Part shown: in pieces, positions 22,937 through 32,420 of the stretch | Numbering within the stretch: the stretch's first letter is position 1 | Layout of the letters: every line of letters starts with the position of its first letter | Assembly (NCBI GenBank): GCA_045863235.1 | Contig: BTUM01000018.1 | Coordinates: 1 to 64,000, forward strand | Origin: Candidatus Xenobia bacterium | Lineage (GTDB): Bacteria > Vulcanimicrobiota > Xenobia > Xenobiales > QWHO01 | DNA length: 64,000 nt | Reading direction: 5' to 3' | Translations under genes and position numbers: made by a program | Notes under the pieces: generated by a model | Told to the model about the DNA's origin: nothing | The model's input: the letters and a program-made list of their open reading frames with translations, nothing else | The model's database searches: none

Positions 22937-22970
22937 AAAAGAAGAGGCCCGAGCAGCTGGCTCGGACCTC
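22937..22970 (-). terminator. Rho-independent terminator
   Basis: Minus strand GAGGUCCGAGC-5nt-GCUCGGGCCUC stem (one G-U pair) followed by UUCUUUU. Confidence 0.7.
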
Positions 22971-23122
22971 TGGACACTCGGGATCGGCCTTGCAGGCGGT
23001 CCTCCCGATCCGGTGAGGCGCTGGTTGAGCAGTGCCCAGCCCCTCACCCTCTCCGGAAGACCTGCCTGCGCGGCTCGGCTCGCTCAGGTCGGGTCACCTC
23101 CTTTCTCACGCGGGAGGAAGGT

Positions 23123-23632
23123 CTACATCAGGGGAGGTTGTGCCCCGCCGGCCTGACCGCCCCCGCCGGTCAGCAGCTTGATCAGCATGGTCAGAAGCTG
23201 CAGGATCGGGTTCTGGGCAGCGCCCCCGGTGGGGTCAGCGCCACCGGCCCCGGGAGCCCCCCCGGCGCCGAGCGGCTGGGGAGCCGGAGCGGCCGGCTCG
23301 AACTGGGGAACGGCCGGATTGGCCGGGACCGGATTGGTCGGGTTGCCCTGCTCCCAGTTGCTGAAGTTGACCGGGCTGCCCGTCTCGTTGCCGGGCTCCT
23401 CGCCCGAGAGCTGGATCTGGTCTTGCTGGCTCAGCGGCAGCACAGCCACGGCCACGGCGCTGGAGCTGGCACTGGCACTGGCCGCGCCGTTGCTGCTGGC
23501 GGCGCTGGCCGAGGCGGCAGCCACCCCGGTCCCGGCGGCGGCTGCCGCCGAGGCCGCGGCCGAGCCGTTGCGGCTGATCTGGCTGTCGCGCATGTACTGG
23601 ACCGGCTGGCTGGTCGGAAGGGGAGTAGGCAT
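23123..23632 (-). CDS. Low-complexity Ala/Ser/Gly/Pro-rich protein (harpin-like composition)
   Basis: GGAGGA RBS before ATG 23632. No Cys, and a C-terminal amphipathic helix NPILQLLTMLIKLLTGGGG. Confidence 0.65.
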   Translation of the reverse strand: MPTPLPTSQPVQYMRDSQISRNGSAAASAAAAAGTGVAAASASAASSNGAASASASSSAVAVAVLPLSQQDQIQLSGEEPGNETGSPVNFSNWEQGNPTNPVPANPAVPQFEPAAPAPQPLGAGGAPGAGGADPTGGAAQNPILQLLTMLIKLLTGGGGQAGGAQPPLM

Positions 23633-23782
23633 CGTGGAATCCTCCTGCGTCTCGGGTTTTCCGGGCCGTCGCCGGCCACGTCCCGAATTTAGCCCCCGGG
23701 TCGGGCGAGGATCCAAAACGGTGATCCGCGATGTGAACAGGCTGTTGCAGGTTTGTGAACCGGGGCCGGGAAGCAGGCGGAC

Positions 23783-26149
23783 GTGTTTCGTGTGCTGGTC
23801 CTGGAAGACGACCCCGATATGCGCGAGCTGCTGGCCATGGCGCTGACTGACGAAGGCTATCAGGTCGAGTCTGCCTCGGGTGGGGCGCAGGCGCTCGAGC
23901 TGGCCCGGGCCGAGCCCTTCGACCTGGTGGTGGCCGACATCCGCATGGAGGGGATGGACGGCCTGGAGGTGATCCAGCGCGTCAAAGCCGATCGCCCCGA
24001 GACCCGCAGCCTGGTGGTGACGGGCTATTCGACCGAGGCCGACTCCATCCGCGCCATCCGCCTGGGGGTGGGCGACTACCTGAAGAAGCCCTTCGATCTG
24101 GGGGAGTTTCTCAAGTCGGTGGGACGACTTGCCGCCGAACGTCAGCGCGAGCTACGCCAGGTCGAGCCGGAACAAGCCATGCGGCGCACCGCCCTTTTTG
24201 CCCTCCGGGCCCTGGCCCAGACGCTGGACCAGGCCCAGATTCCCGAACGTCCGCCCGCAGGTCTGGTGGCCATCGGCAGGCTGGCCGCGGCCCTGGCCAC
24301 CGAGGTCGGGCTCAGCCTGAGCGCCTGCGAGGAGACCGAGCTGGCCGTGCTGGTCGCCTTGTTGCGCCGACTCCCGGCCGGAGCCGCCCTGGCAGGCATT
24401 CCCCTGGCCCCCTCGGTGGAGCAGGTGCTCACCCACCTGGAGGAGGGTTGGGCAGCTCAACCGGTCGAGGCCCGGGTCGCTTGCGTGGCCCTGGCAGCCG
24501 CCCCCATCCTGGAGGAGGAGGCCCCCACCGGCCTGGCGCTGGAGCTTTCCCGCCTTCATCCCGGTCGTTTCGAGCCGGCCATCCTGGAGGCTCTCGAGCG
24601 CCGCTCCGGCCAGCCCGAGCCGCCCTCCAACCGCGACGACGACCGGCGCCGCCGGGGCCTCTTGAGCCTGGCTCGCGCGCTGGAGGAGGCCGGCGACCGG
24701 GCCGGTGCCGAGGGAGCCTACCGCGAGCTGGTGGAGCAGGGCAACCCCTCGCGAGAAGCCGTGGCTGCCTGGCTGGGCCTGGCCCGCCTGGCCCGGGCTG
24801 CTTCTCAGGTCGAGCCTACCCGCGAGCACGCCCAGCAGGCCGTGATCACGGCCCGCCGGCTGGGTCCCGGGGCGGCCGGCGAGGCGGCCCTGGAAGCCGG
24901 CCTCACTCTGCTCTCGGTGCGCGATCCCAACGCCTGGGCCTGGTTGGAGGAAGCCGTCAACCTGAATCGCGGGCCGGGCGAGACGCTGGCCCGGCTGGCC
25001 CTGCTCTATCGCCAGGGTCAGCCCCCGCCTGAGAGCGAGCTGGTCGAGCCTTTGCAGGTCTTGACCCGGGCCGAGAATTCGGCGGCGCTGGCGGGGAACG
25101 TGCTGTGGCTCTTGCCGCTCTTGCTCGAAGCCCGCGAGCGTCAGAGCGACGGCCCCGCGGTGCGCGCCCTGGGCCGCCTGGCCCGCGACTTCCCCGGCCA
25201 GCTCGGACGCGCTCTGGCCCGAGGCAACCTGTCCGTGCCGGCCCGGCTGGCGGCCGTGCAGGCCCTGGTCGACTCCTCGGGCGCCTCCGCCGGCCAGCTG
25301 CTCGAGGGCCTGAAGGCCGATCCCGACCCCTCGGTGGCCGCGGCTGCCGGCAAGGCCCTGGAGCGCCTGGGCCAGGGGGACGGCCTGCCGGTGCTGCGGG
25401 TCCACTCGCTGGGGGCTCTGGAAGTCTTCCGCGGGGACGAGAAGGTGGACGAGGGCGACTGGAAGACCAAGAAGGTCAAGTATCTCTTCGCCTACCTGAT
25501 GGCTCGCCGGGAGCGGCCGGTGGGGGAGGACACGCTGATCGAGCTGTTCTGGCCCGATGACGCCGAGAAAGGTCGGCGTAACCTTTACTCGGCCACCTCG
25601 GCCCTGCGCCGCTCACTGCGGCCGAGCAGCTTTCCCGGAGAGCTGGAGTACGTGCTGCGGGTGCAGGCCATGCTCCAGATCAACCCCGCCCTGCCCACCT
25701 GGCACGACCTCGACGAGCTGGAGCGGGCCTTGAGCGAGGCCACCCGTCAGCGCGGAACCAGCCAGTCCATGGAGGCTGCCCGCCGGGTGGCCGGCCTCTA
25801 TACCGGCCCCTACCTGGACGGCTGTTACTACGACTGGGCTCTGGAGGTGCGCACCCGACTCGAGCAGCAGGTCAGCGAGCTGCTGCTCGAGCTGGCCAGC
25901 TTCACCGCCAGGCTGGGCGGAGAGCGCAGCCGGGCCGAGGCCCTGGAGCTGGCCCGCCGGGTGCTGGAGGTGGATCCATGCTACCAGGAGGCCCACCTCC
26001 TGGCCATGCAGCTCTTCCTCGATTCCAGCCGGCCCCAGGAGGCGGTGCGCCAGTTCGAGCAATGCAAGCGCGCTCTGCGCCAGGGGCTGGGGATGGAGCC
26101 CTCCATCGAAGTGATGGAGATCCACCAGCGAGCCTTGCTCAGCCTTTGA
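23783..26149 (+). CDS. Response regulator with REC, helical repeat, wHTH and BTAD domains
   Basis: REC (VLEDD, DIRMEGMDG, KPF) and C-terminal SARP-like region (LRVHSLG...LIELFWPD...YTGPYLDG...DPCYQEAH). Confidence 0.85.
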   Translation: MFRVLVLEDDPDMRELLAMALTDEGYQVESASGGAQALELARAEPFDLVVADIRMEGMDGLEVIQRVKADRPETRSLVVTGYSTEADSIRAIRLGVGDYLKKPFDLGEFLKSVGRLAAERQRELRQVEPEQAMRRTALFALRALAQTLDQAQIPERPPAGLVAIGRLAAALATEVGLSLSACEETELAVLVALLRRLPAGAALAGIPLAPSVEQVLTHLEEGWAAQPVEARVACVALAAAPILEEEAPTGLALELSRLHPGRFEPAILEALERRSGQPEPPSNRDDDRRRRGLLSLARALEEAGDRAGAEGAYRELVEQGNPSREAVAAWLGLARLARAASQVEPTREHAQQAVITARRLGPGAAGEAALEAGLTLLSVRDPNAWAWLEEAVNLNRGPGETLARLALLYRQGQPPPESELVEPLQVLTRAENSAALAGNVLWLLPLLLEARERQSDGPAVRALGRLARDFPGQLGRALARGNLSVPARLAAVQALVDSSGASAGQLLEGLKADPDPSVAAAAGKALERLGQGDGLPVLRVHSLGALEVFRGDEKVDEGDWKTKKVKYLFAYLMARRERPVGEDTLIELFWPDDAEKGRRNLYSATSALRRSLRPSSFPGELEYVLRVQAMLQINPALPTWHDLDELERALSEATRQRGTSQSMEAARRVAGLYTGPYLDGCYYDWALEVRTRLEQQVSELLLELASFTARLGGERSRAEALELARRVLEVDPCYQEAHLLAMQLFLDSSRPQEAVRQFEQCKRALRQGLGMEPSIEVMEIHQRALLSL

Positions 26150-26222
26150 GTGGGCTGCAGATCGGGACGGGAATCGAGCCCATCCGTCTCGAAGCGCCAT
26201 TCGCACAGTGAAAGGGGATTCA

Positions 26223-26534
26223 ATGGCGATTCTTGCATTGGTCACCGGTAAAATGACGCACGATCAGTACGAAGCCTTGCGACGCGAGGTCGAATGGGAG
26301 GGCCGCCAGCCCCCGGGGGCCATGTTCCACGTCGCTTCTTTCGATGAGCTGGGCAACATCCACGTGGCCGATGTCTGGGCCTCGCCCGGAGAGATGGAGC
26401 GGTTCTACAGCGAGCGTCTGGAGCCAGCGATGGAGAAGCTGAGCATCCTGCCGCCCAGCGTGATCCAGATCTATCCCTGCCACGATGTGACCGCCTATCC
26501 CACGCTCGACAAGCATCTGCTCCAGCGTACCTAG
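26223..26534 (+). CDS. Small hypothetical protein (dimeric alpha-beta barrel-like)
   Basis: PGAMFHVASF...IHVADVWASP pattern. GGGG RBS. Confidence 0.65.
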   Translation: MAILALVTGKMTHDQYEALRREVEWEGRQPPGAMFHVASFDELGNIHVADVWASPGEMERFYSERLEPAMEKLSILPPSVIQIYPCHDVTAYPTLDKHLLQRT

Positions 26535-26712
26535 AGCCACGTGATCTGGGTGTGGCAACCGTGGCCAGCAAGGCTGTCATCGAGCCGTGACCCTGGCGGG
26601 GCCGGGAGACCCGGTCACGCACAGTGACCTCGACGTCCAGCAGTTCTTCACAAAGCTGCGCTTGTCCTGATCACCGGTTGCCAACAGGGAGTCACCCGCC
26701 AAGCGAGAACCC

Positions 26713-29700
26713 ATGGTGATGCTGATGCGCCGGCTCATGGCCCTCTCGCTGGCGGCCCTCTCCCTGACCTCTCCCGCTCTGGCCCAACCTCAGGACGGCC
26801 GGGTGGTCTCGGGCCAGGCCGTGATTCAGGCCGGCCCGGGCGGCCTGACCATCCGCCAGGGCACCGACAAGGCCATCCTGGAGTGGCGCAGCTTCAGCAT
26901 TCCCACCAGCCAGTTCGTGCGCTTCCTGCAGCCCTCCCAGGCCTCGGCGGTGCTCAATCGGGTCACCGGCGTCAACCCCTCCCTGATCATGGGCGAGCTG
27001 TCGGCCAACGGCCGGGTCTTTCTGGTCAATCCCAGCGGCATCGTGTTCGGTCCCACCGCCACGGTCAACGTGGGCAGCCTGTTCGCCACCACCATGCAGC
27101 TCTCCAATCAAGACTTCCTGGACGGCCGCTACACCTTCACCCCTGACCCCACCCGGCCCGATTCCTTCGTGATCAACCAGGGAGCCATCCAGGCTGCAGA
27201 CGGGGGCTACGTGGTGCTGATGGCGCCGCTGGTGAGCAACCAGGGCAGCATCGTGGCCCGCCTGGGCACCGTGACGCTGGCGGCCGTGCCCCGCACCACC
27301 GTCAACTTTGACGGTCAGGGGCTGGTGCACTACGTGGTCCCTTCCACTCCCGGGCAAGACGTCGTGCTGCCGAGCGACCTGGTCAACGACGTCATTGGCT
27401 CGCTGGTGGCCAGCAGCACCACCGACGCCAGCGGGGTCGAGCTGCAGGACGGCCAGGTGCGGCTGATCGGCGCCGGCGGCATGGCCCTCAACGAGGGCCG
27501 CATCGAAGCATCCGGTGGGCAGGTGAGCTTGCAGGGCGACCGCGTCGGCCTCCTGGGGCCGGCCACGGTGGATGTCTCGGCCCCCTCCCAGGCCGGGCGG
27601 GTGGACCTGCAGGGTGAGCGTTACGCCTACGTGGGCCCTGAGGCCACCATCCGCGCCGATGCGACCGAGCAGGGCGACGGAGGAGAGGTGCGGGTCCTGG
27701 CCGGGGACAGCACGGTGGTGGACGGTCTGGTCTCCGTGCGGGGTGGCCCCCAGGGGGGCGACGGTGGCTTCCTGGAGACCTCGGCCGGGCGCGTCTCGCT
27801 CAATCGGGCCCCCGACCTGGCCGCGCCCGAGGGGAAGGCCGGGACCTGGCTGATCGATCCCAACAACATCACCATCTGGAACCTGACCGAGGGGAACACC
27901 ACTTCCCCCAGCCCGTTCATCTCGCTGGGCGACGACGCGTCCATTCAGCCCATCACGCTCGAGAGCGCCCTGGCCTCGGGCGGAACCGTGATCGTGCAAA
28001 CCGGAACCGGGGCCCCCAACCTGCAGGCCGGCGACATCTATGTGCGGGCTCCCATCAACCCGATCAGCACTCCTGGAACCTCGACCCTGCTTTTGCAGGC
28101 TCACCGCGACATCGTGGTCTCCGCTCCCATCGGAGGGCAGGCCCCTCTGAACCTTGAGCTGCAGGCCAACTGGCTGGGCACAACCACCGGAAGCGTGGTG
28201 CTCGCGGCCGATCCTCAGACGGGCGGTGGCAACGTCGCGACGCTGGGAGGAAGCTTCACCGCCAGCGGCTCGGACATCGTCCAGGATCCTGGCCTGCTGC
28301 TGGCCACCAGCGGGGGCAACGTCCAGCTGACCCAGACCGGGTCGGTGGCTCTAAACGGTCTGGTGGATGCCGGCCCGGGAGCCGTGACCGTTCAGGCCGG
28401 CGGGCCGGTGACGGCCAGCGGCGTGACGGCGCAAACTCTCAACGTGCAGGCCGGGGGCAACGTGCAGCTCAATTCCCAGGTCAGCCAGTTGGGCCTGGAT
28501 ACGCCCCTGGACGCGGTGGTGACCAACGTCGGCGATCTGACCGTGTCGGTGGGTCAACGCGCCCGCCCGAACTCGCTCACCCTGGCCAATTCGGGCGCAG
28601 TGACCAACCTGGCCACCGACCCCTTGCGAGCCGGCGCAGTCAACCTCACAGCCGCCGGACCGGTCACCTTGAGCACCGAGGTCGACGTGCTGGCCATCAT
28701 TGCCGGCACCCAGAACATCGACGTGCGCCAGGCGGGAAACCTTGCGCTGGCCGGCATCCGAGGAAACGATGTCGCCATCGCTGGCACGGCCGACCTGACC
28801 GTGCTCGGGGTGACGGCCGCCGGCTCGGCCGACCTGCGCGCGGGCGGCTCCATCCTGGGGGCTCCCCTCTCGGCCGGGGCAAACCTGACGGCCCGGGCCA
28901 ACTCCTCCCTGGTGGCGGGTGGGCTGATCGGGACCCTGGCCGTGCCGCTCTCAGTGGACGTGCTCGGCAGCCTGGCCACCACTGCCGGCGGCGTTCAGAG
29001 CGGAGTCTCGGCCAACCTGGTGGGAGCAGTCGCTCCCTCCAACACCCTGCTGGTTCCGGCACCGCTGCCCCCCGGCGAGGTTCGTTTCAACGGGGTGGAC
29101 GTGCTCGCACCGCCGGTGGTGCCGCCCGTCACTCCGCCGGTCACGCCGCCGGTCGTGCCTCCCGTCGTGCCTCCGGTCGTGCCTCCGGTTGACCCGGTCG
29201 GCCCGGTTCCGCCCCCGGTCGACCCGCCCCTGGTTCCGGTCGATCCCCCGGCGGCCGACCCGCCCGCGCTCACCCTCGACCCCGGGGTTCCGGCCATCGA
29301 TCCCGACCTGCCGGCCGAGATCGTCGAGGCCTACGGGGCCGGCCAGCAGCAGATCACCCACCCGATCCCTCCGGCCGACCCGGGCGCGCCGCCCGAGCCC
29401 GGCTCTCCGCCCGATACCAGCTCGGCCCAGGCCTCGCTGGGCTTTACCTCCACCATGTCCAACCTGGCTCCCCCGCAGCCTGGCAGCACTGATCGGTTCG
29501 TGCTGGCGGCCCTGCTGCAGGCCTCGGTCTCTGACCCCGGCATGAGCCTGGGCCAGCTGGAGAACCTGAGCCAGCCGATGCCCCTCTCGGAGCTCTCGGC
29601 TTTCCTGGTCGGCGTGCTGGGCTCGCCCGCTCTGAGCGGCGACCTTTCCGCGCCGGCGACCCTCGAGAGCCTGCTGCAGGCTCTCTTCAGCGTCTACCAG

Positions 29701-30135
29701 ATCAACGCCCAGGGCAACCTCGCGGGCACCGCCCGCGAGCTCGGCATCCTGCCCGACGACGTGACCGGCTCCTCGCTCACCCGGGGTCAGGTCTTTGCTA
29801 TCCTCGACAGCGTCTTCTTCAATCTGCGCCTCCCCGATGGCCGCACCCTGTATCAGACCCAGTTCGACTCCGAGCCCCCGGCCATCGCCGTGGTGCCGTT
29901 CCCGGCTGTGTGCAGCGAGAGCTCTGTCACCCTTTCGGGCAGCGTCAGCCCGGGCACCACCCTGCTGCGAGTTGGTTACAGTGACGCCGACGTGGTGGTG
30001 CCGGACGATGATTGGAACTGGAGCGCCACCATCCCCCTGCAGCCCGGTCTCAACACCATTACGGTCCAGGCTCACGACGCGGCCGGCAACGTCACCACCC
30101 AGACCATTCAGGTCCTGTGCACGGTGGGCTCGTGA
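26713..30135 (+). CDS. Filamentous haemagglutinin-family (TpsA-like) exoprotein
   Basis: Signal peptide (ALA|Q), TPS domain (AVLNRVTG...FLVNPSGIVFG), GDGGFLETS, WLIDP, Pro-rich linker and C-terminal Ig-like domain (LQPGLNTITVQAHDAAGN). Confidence 0.88.
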   Translation: MVMLMRRLMALSLAALSLTSPALAQPQDGRVVSGQAVIQAGPGGLTIRQGTDKAILEWRSFSIPTSQFVRFLQPSQASAVLNRVTGVNPSLIMGELSANGRVFLVNPSGIVFGPTATVNVGSLFATTMQLSNQDFLDGRYTFTPDPTRPDSFVINQGAIQAADGGYVVLMAPLVSNQGSIVARLGTVTLAAVPRTTVNFDGQGLVHYVVPSTPGQDVVLPSDLVNDVIGSLVASSTTDASGVELQDGQVRLIGAGGMALNEGRIEASGGQVSLQGDRVGLLGPATVDVSAPSQAGRVDLQGERYAYVGPEATIRADATEQGDGGEVRVLAGDSTVVDGLVSVRGGPQGGDGGFLETSAGRVSLNRAPDLAAPEGKAGTWLIDPNNITIWNLTEGNTTSPSPFISLGDDASIQPITLESALASGGTVIVQTGTGAPNLQAGDIYVRAPINPISTPGTSTLLLQAHRDIVVSAPIGGQAPLNLELQANWLGTTTGSVVLAADPQTGGGNVATLGGSFTASGSDIVQDPGLLLATSGGNVQLTQTGSVALNGLVDAGPGAVTVQAGGPVTASGVTAQTLNVQAGGNVQLNSQVSQLGLDTPLDAVVTNVGDLTVSVGQRARPNSLTLANSGAVTNLATDPLRAGAVNLTAAGPVTLSTEVDVLAIIAGTQNIDVRQAGNLALAGIRGNDVAIAGTADLTVLGVTAAGSADLRAGGSILGAPLSAGANLTARANSSLVAGGLIGTLAVPLSVDVLGSLATTAGGVQSGVSANLVGAVAPSNTLLVPAPLPPGEVRFNGVDVLAPPVVPPVTPPVTPPVVPPVVPPVVPPVDPVGPVPPPVDPPLVPVDPPAADPPALTLDPGVPAIDPDLPAEIVEAYGAGQQQITHPIPPADPGAPPEPGSPPDTSSAQASLGFTSTMSNLAPPQPGSTDRFVLAALLQASVSDPGMSLGQLENLSQPMPLSELSAFLVGVLGSPALSGDLSAPATLESLLQALFSVYQINAQGNLAGTARELGILPDDVTGSSLTRGQVFAILDSVFFNLRLPDGRTLYQTQFDSEPPAIAVVPFPAVCSESSVTLSGSVSPGTTLLRVGYSDADVVVPDDDWNWSATIPLQPGLNTITVQAHDAAGNVTTQTIQVLCTVGS
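29111..29240 (+). repeat. 12-bp degenerate tandem repeat (PPVV/PPVT/PPVD) in the TpsA linker
   Basis: ccgccggtggtg / cctccggtcgtg units recur in tandem. Confidence 0.75.
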
Positions 30136-30728
30136 GAGGCCTGGTCCCGGTGCTGCTCTTGCTGTTGCTGACCCTGGCGCCGGCCCCCGGGGCCATTTCC
30201 CGCGAGGATGAGCTGAAGGTGCTGGTGGTATACAACTTCCTCAAGTTCGTGGAGTGGCCCGAATCCAAGCCCAGGCTGGTGGTGGGCACCATGAGCACGG
30301 TGGGCAAGGACCCGCTGGCGGTGGCGCTGGCCGGTCTGAACGGGCGCATGGTGGCCGACAAGCCGGTGATGGTGCGGCCGGTGCGAACCCTGGAGGAGGC
30401 CTGCGAGGTGGATTGCCTCTACGTTGGCGCCTCGCGGGCCGCCCAGCTGCCTTCCATTCTGGAAGCGGTCAGCAAGTATCCGGTGCTGACCGTGAGCGAT
30501 CTACCCGGCTTTGCCGAGAAGGGTGGGGCCCTGGGGCTCTATCGCGACGCCGACCGAATTCGCTTTGCGGCCAACCTGCGCAGTCTGCGCCAGAGCGGAC
30601 TCAAGGTCAGCTCCCGGCTGCTCAGCCTGGCCCGGATCGTCGACCGCGATCCGCTGCGCAGTCACATCATCGAGATCGCCATGGACCCCGAGGCCTTTGT
30701 TCGCGCCGCTTCCGCCACCGGACGCTGA
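30132..30728 (+). CDS. YfiR family (DUF4154) periplasmic protein
   Basis: GTGA overlap with TpsA, signal peptide, LKVLVVYNFLKFVEWP, VLTVSD and LKVSSRLLSLA motifs. Confidence 0.85.
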   Translation: MRGLVPVLLLLLLTLAPAPGAISREDELKVLVVYNFLKFVEWPESKPRLVVGTMSTVGKDPLAVALAGLNGRMVADKPVMVRPVRTLEEACEVDCLYVGASRAAQLPSILEAVSKYPVLTVSDLPGFAEKGGALGLYRDADRIRFAANLRSLRQSGLKVSSRLLSLARIVDRDPLRSHIIEIAMDPEAFVRAASATGR

Positions 30729-30791
30729 TGTGCTCGCACAATCTGACGAAAGCGCTGTAAAGTACCAGGCCAAAGGCCTTGCCAGCTCCTG

Positions 30792-31817
30792 ATGGCCAGA
30801 CTGCTCGTTGCCCTGACCGCCCATGGTTTCGGCCATCTGGGCCAGTCAGCCCCCATCCTGAACAGCCTTCGGGGGGTCGAGCTGATCCTGGCCACCACCC
30901 TGCCGCAGGCGGTGCTGGAGCGTCACCTGACGGTGCCGTTCACTCGCATCGAGCGAGCTCTGGACGTAGGAGTGCGCAACCAGGACGCCCTCACGGTGGA
31001 CCGCCCGGGCACGCGGAGAGCTTACCAGGAGTTTCACGCCCGCTACCCGAGCGACCTGGACGAGGAGACAGCCTGGCTGCGCTCCTGCGCTCCCGATGCA
31101 GTGCTGGCCAACGTCCCCTATCGCGTGGCCGAGGCGGCTGCTCGGCTGGGAATCCCTTGCCTGGCGATGTGCAGCCTGAACTGGGGGGACATCGTGGCCG
31201 GCTGCCTGGGAGAGGTCGCCTGTCTGCCCGCCATCCGCCGCGCCTACGCCTCGGTGACCGAGTTCTGGCAGCCCATTCCCAGCATGCCCATGGAAAGCTT
31301 GCCTCGCCGGCGCGAACTGGGCCTGGTGGCGCGCCGGGGTATGCGGCGCTCGCTGGGCCTGAGCGGCAAGCTCGTGCTGGTCTCGCTGGGTGGCCTGCCG
31401 CTGCCCCGGCCTTCGGGCTGGCCTGACCTGCCCGGGGTCACCTGGCTGGTTCCCGAGGGCTGGCTGCCCGGCCACCCCCGGGCGGTGGCGGTGGAATCGC
31501 TGCCGGTGCCCTTCATCGACCTGGTGGCCAGTGCTGATTTGCTGATCACCAAGCCCGGCTACGGGAGCTTTGCCGAAGCCGCCAGCCACGGCCTGCCGGT
31601 TCTCTCCCTGCGTCGGCGCGACTGGCCCGAGGAGGCTTGCCTGTGGGAATTCATGCAGCGACGAGGCGGCCTGCGCGAGCTGGGGCGAGAGGCCTTCCTG
31701 GGCGGAGACTTCGGGGCGCTGGTGGAGGAGCTGCTCGAGGAGCCTCGACCCGAGCCGATCGAGCCGGAGGGGGTCGCGCAGGCGGTCGAGCGGTTGGGAG
31801 CTTACCTGGAGGGCTGA
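30792..31817 (+). CDS. Glycosyltransferase-like protein (GT-B fold)
   Basis: TAHGFGH N-terminal motif, VLVSLGG and DLLITKPGYGSFAEA. Confidence 0.75.
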   Translation: MARLLVALTAHGFGHLGQSAPILNSLRGVELILATTLPQAVLERHLTVPFTRIERALDVGVRNQDALTVDRPGTRRAYQEFHARYPSDLDEETAWLRSCAPDAVLANVPYRVAEAAARLGIPCLAMCSLNWGDIVAGCLGEVACLPAIRRAYASVTEFWQPIPSMPMESLPRRRELGLVARRGMRRSLGLSGKLVLVSLGGLPLPRPSGWPDLPGVTWLVPEGWLPGHPRAVAVESLPVPFIDLVASADLLITKPGYGSFAEAASHGLPVLSLRRRDWPEEACLWEFMQRRGGLRELGREAFLGGDFGALVEELLEEPRPEPIEPEGVAQAVERLGAYLEG

Positions 31818-31863
31818 AGCGAGCGTGCTCCCGGTGGGGCGTTCGTCGGTCCGACCCTGGAAA

Positions 31864-32145
31864 TCAGCGCGACGACCCGGGTGTTTGCGGTGTCTGCGGG
31901 TGAGCGATCTCGAATCGGCCCTCGGCGACTGGCTGCACGGGCGGCCTCATGACCATTCCCCCGTTGACGGGCGGCTCAGGTCTCGATGGGCGGCGATGCA
32001 TGGCAGGTTGGGTGCGCGGGGGTGGTGGCACAGGCTCGGGCTCGGGCTCCATGGCTCGGGCCAGCAGGGCGGCCGAGACCGCGGCCCCGCCCGCGAAGAG
32101 CAGGTCGGCCAGGAACTGGCGGCGCTTTCGGGTCGGCTCGCTCAT
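31864..32145 (-). CDS. Tat-signal Pro-rich small protein 3 (putative radical SAM substrate)
   Basis: KRRQFLADLLFAGG signal shared with two paralogs. ATGA overlap with the upstream gene. Confidence 0.75.
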   Translation of the reverse strand: MSEPTRKRRQFLADLLFAGGAAVSAALLARAMEPEPEPVPPPPRTQPAMHRRPSRPEPPVNGGMVMRPPVQPVAEGRFEIAHPQTPQTPGSSR

Positions 32146-32420
32146 TGCGGAGGAGCCACCACCTGTGGCTGGGGAGCCATCACCTGGCCCGGGACCAGCG
32201 GACGAGCGCCGCCGTCGACGTTCGGCTCGACCGGCTCGCAGGTGCTGACCGGCGTGGGCGTGGGCGTGTTGACGGGCGCCACCTTGCCCATGACCTTAGG
32301 CTCGGGCTCAGGAGGGGTGTTGCCCAGGTAGCGGGCTGCCAGGGCGGCCGCGCCCAGGGCCCCGCCCGCGAACAGGGCGTCGGCCAGAAATTGGCGTCGT
32401 TTCAGTTTGTCGCCACTCAT
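32142..32420 (-). CDS. Tat-signal Pro-rich small protein 2 (putative radical SAM substrate)
   Basis: KRRQFLADALFAGG signal. ATGA overlap. Confidence 0.78.
   Translation of the reverse strand: MSGDKLKRRQFLADALFAGGALGAAALAARYLGNTPPEPEPKVMGKVAPVNTPTPTPVSTCEPVEPNVDGGARPLVPGQVMAPQPQVVAPPQ

Noticed and set aside
23091..23106. GGTCACCTCCTTTCT resembling the 16S rRNA 3' end
   Set aside because: No other rRNA sequence surrounds it. Treated as an SD-like element on the minus strand.
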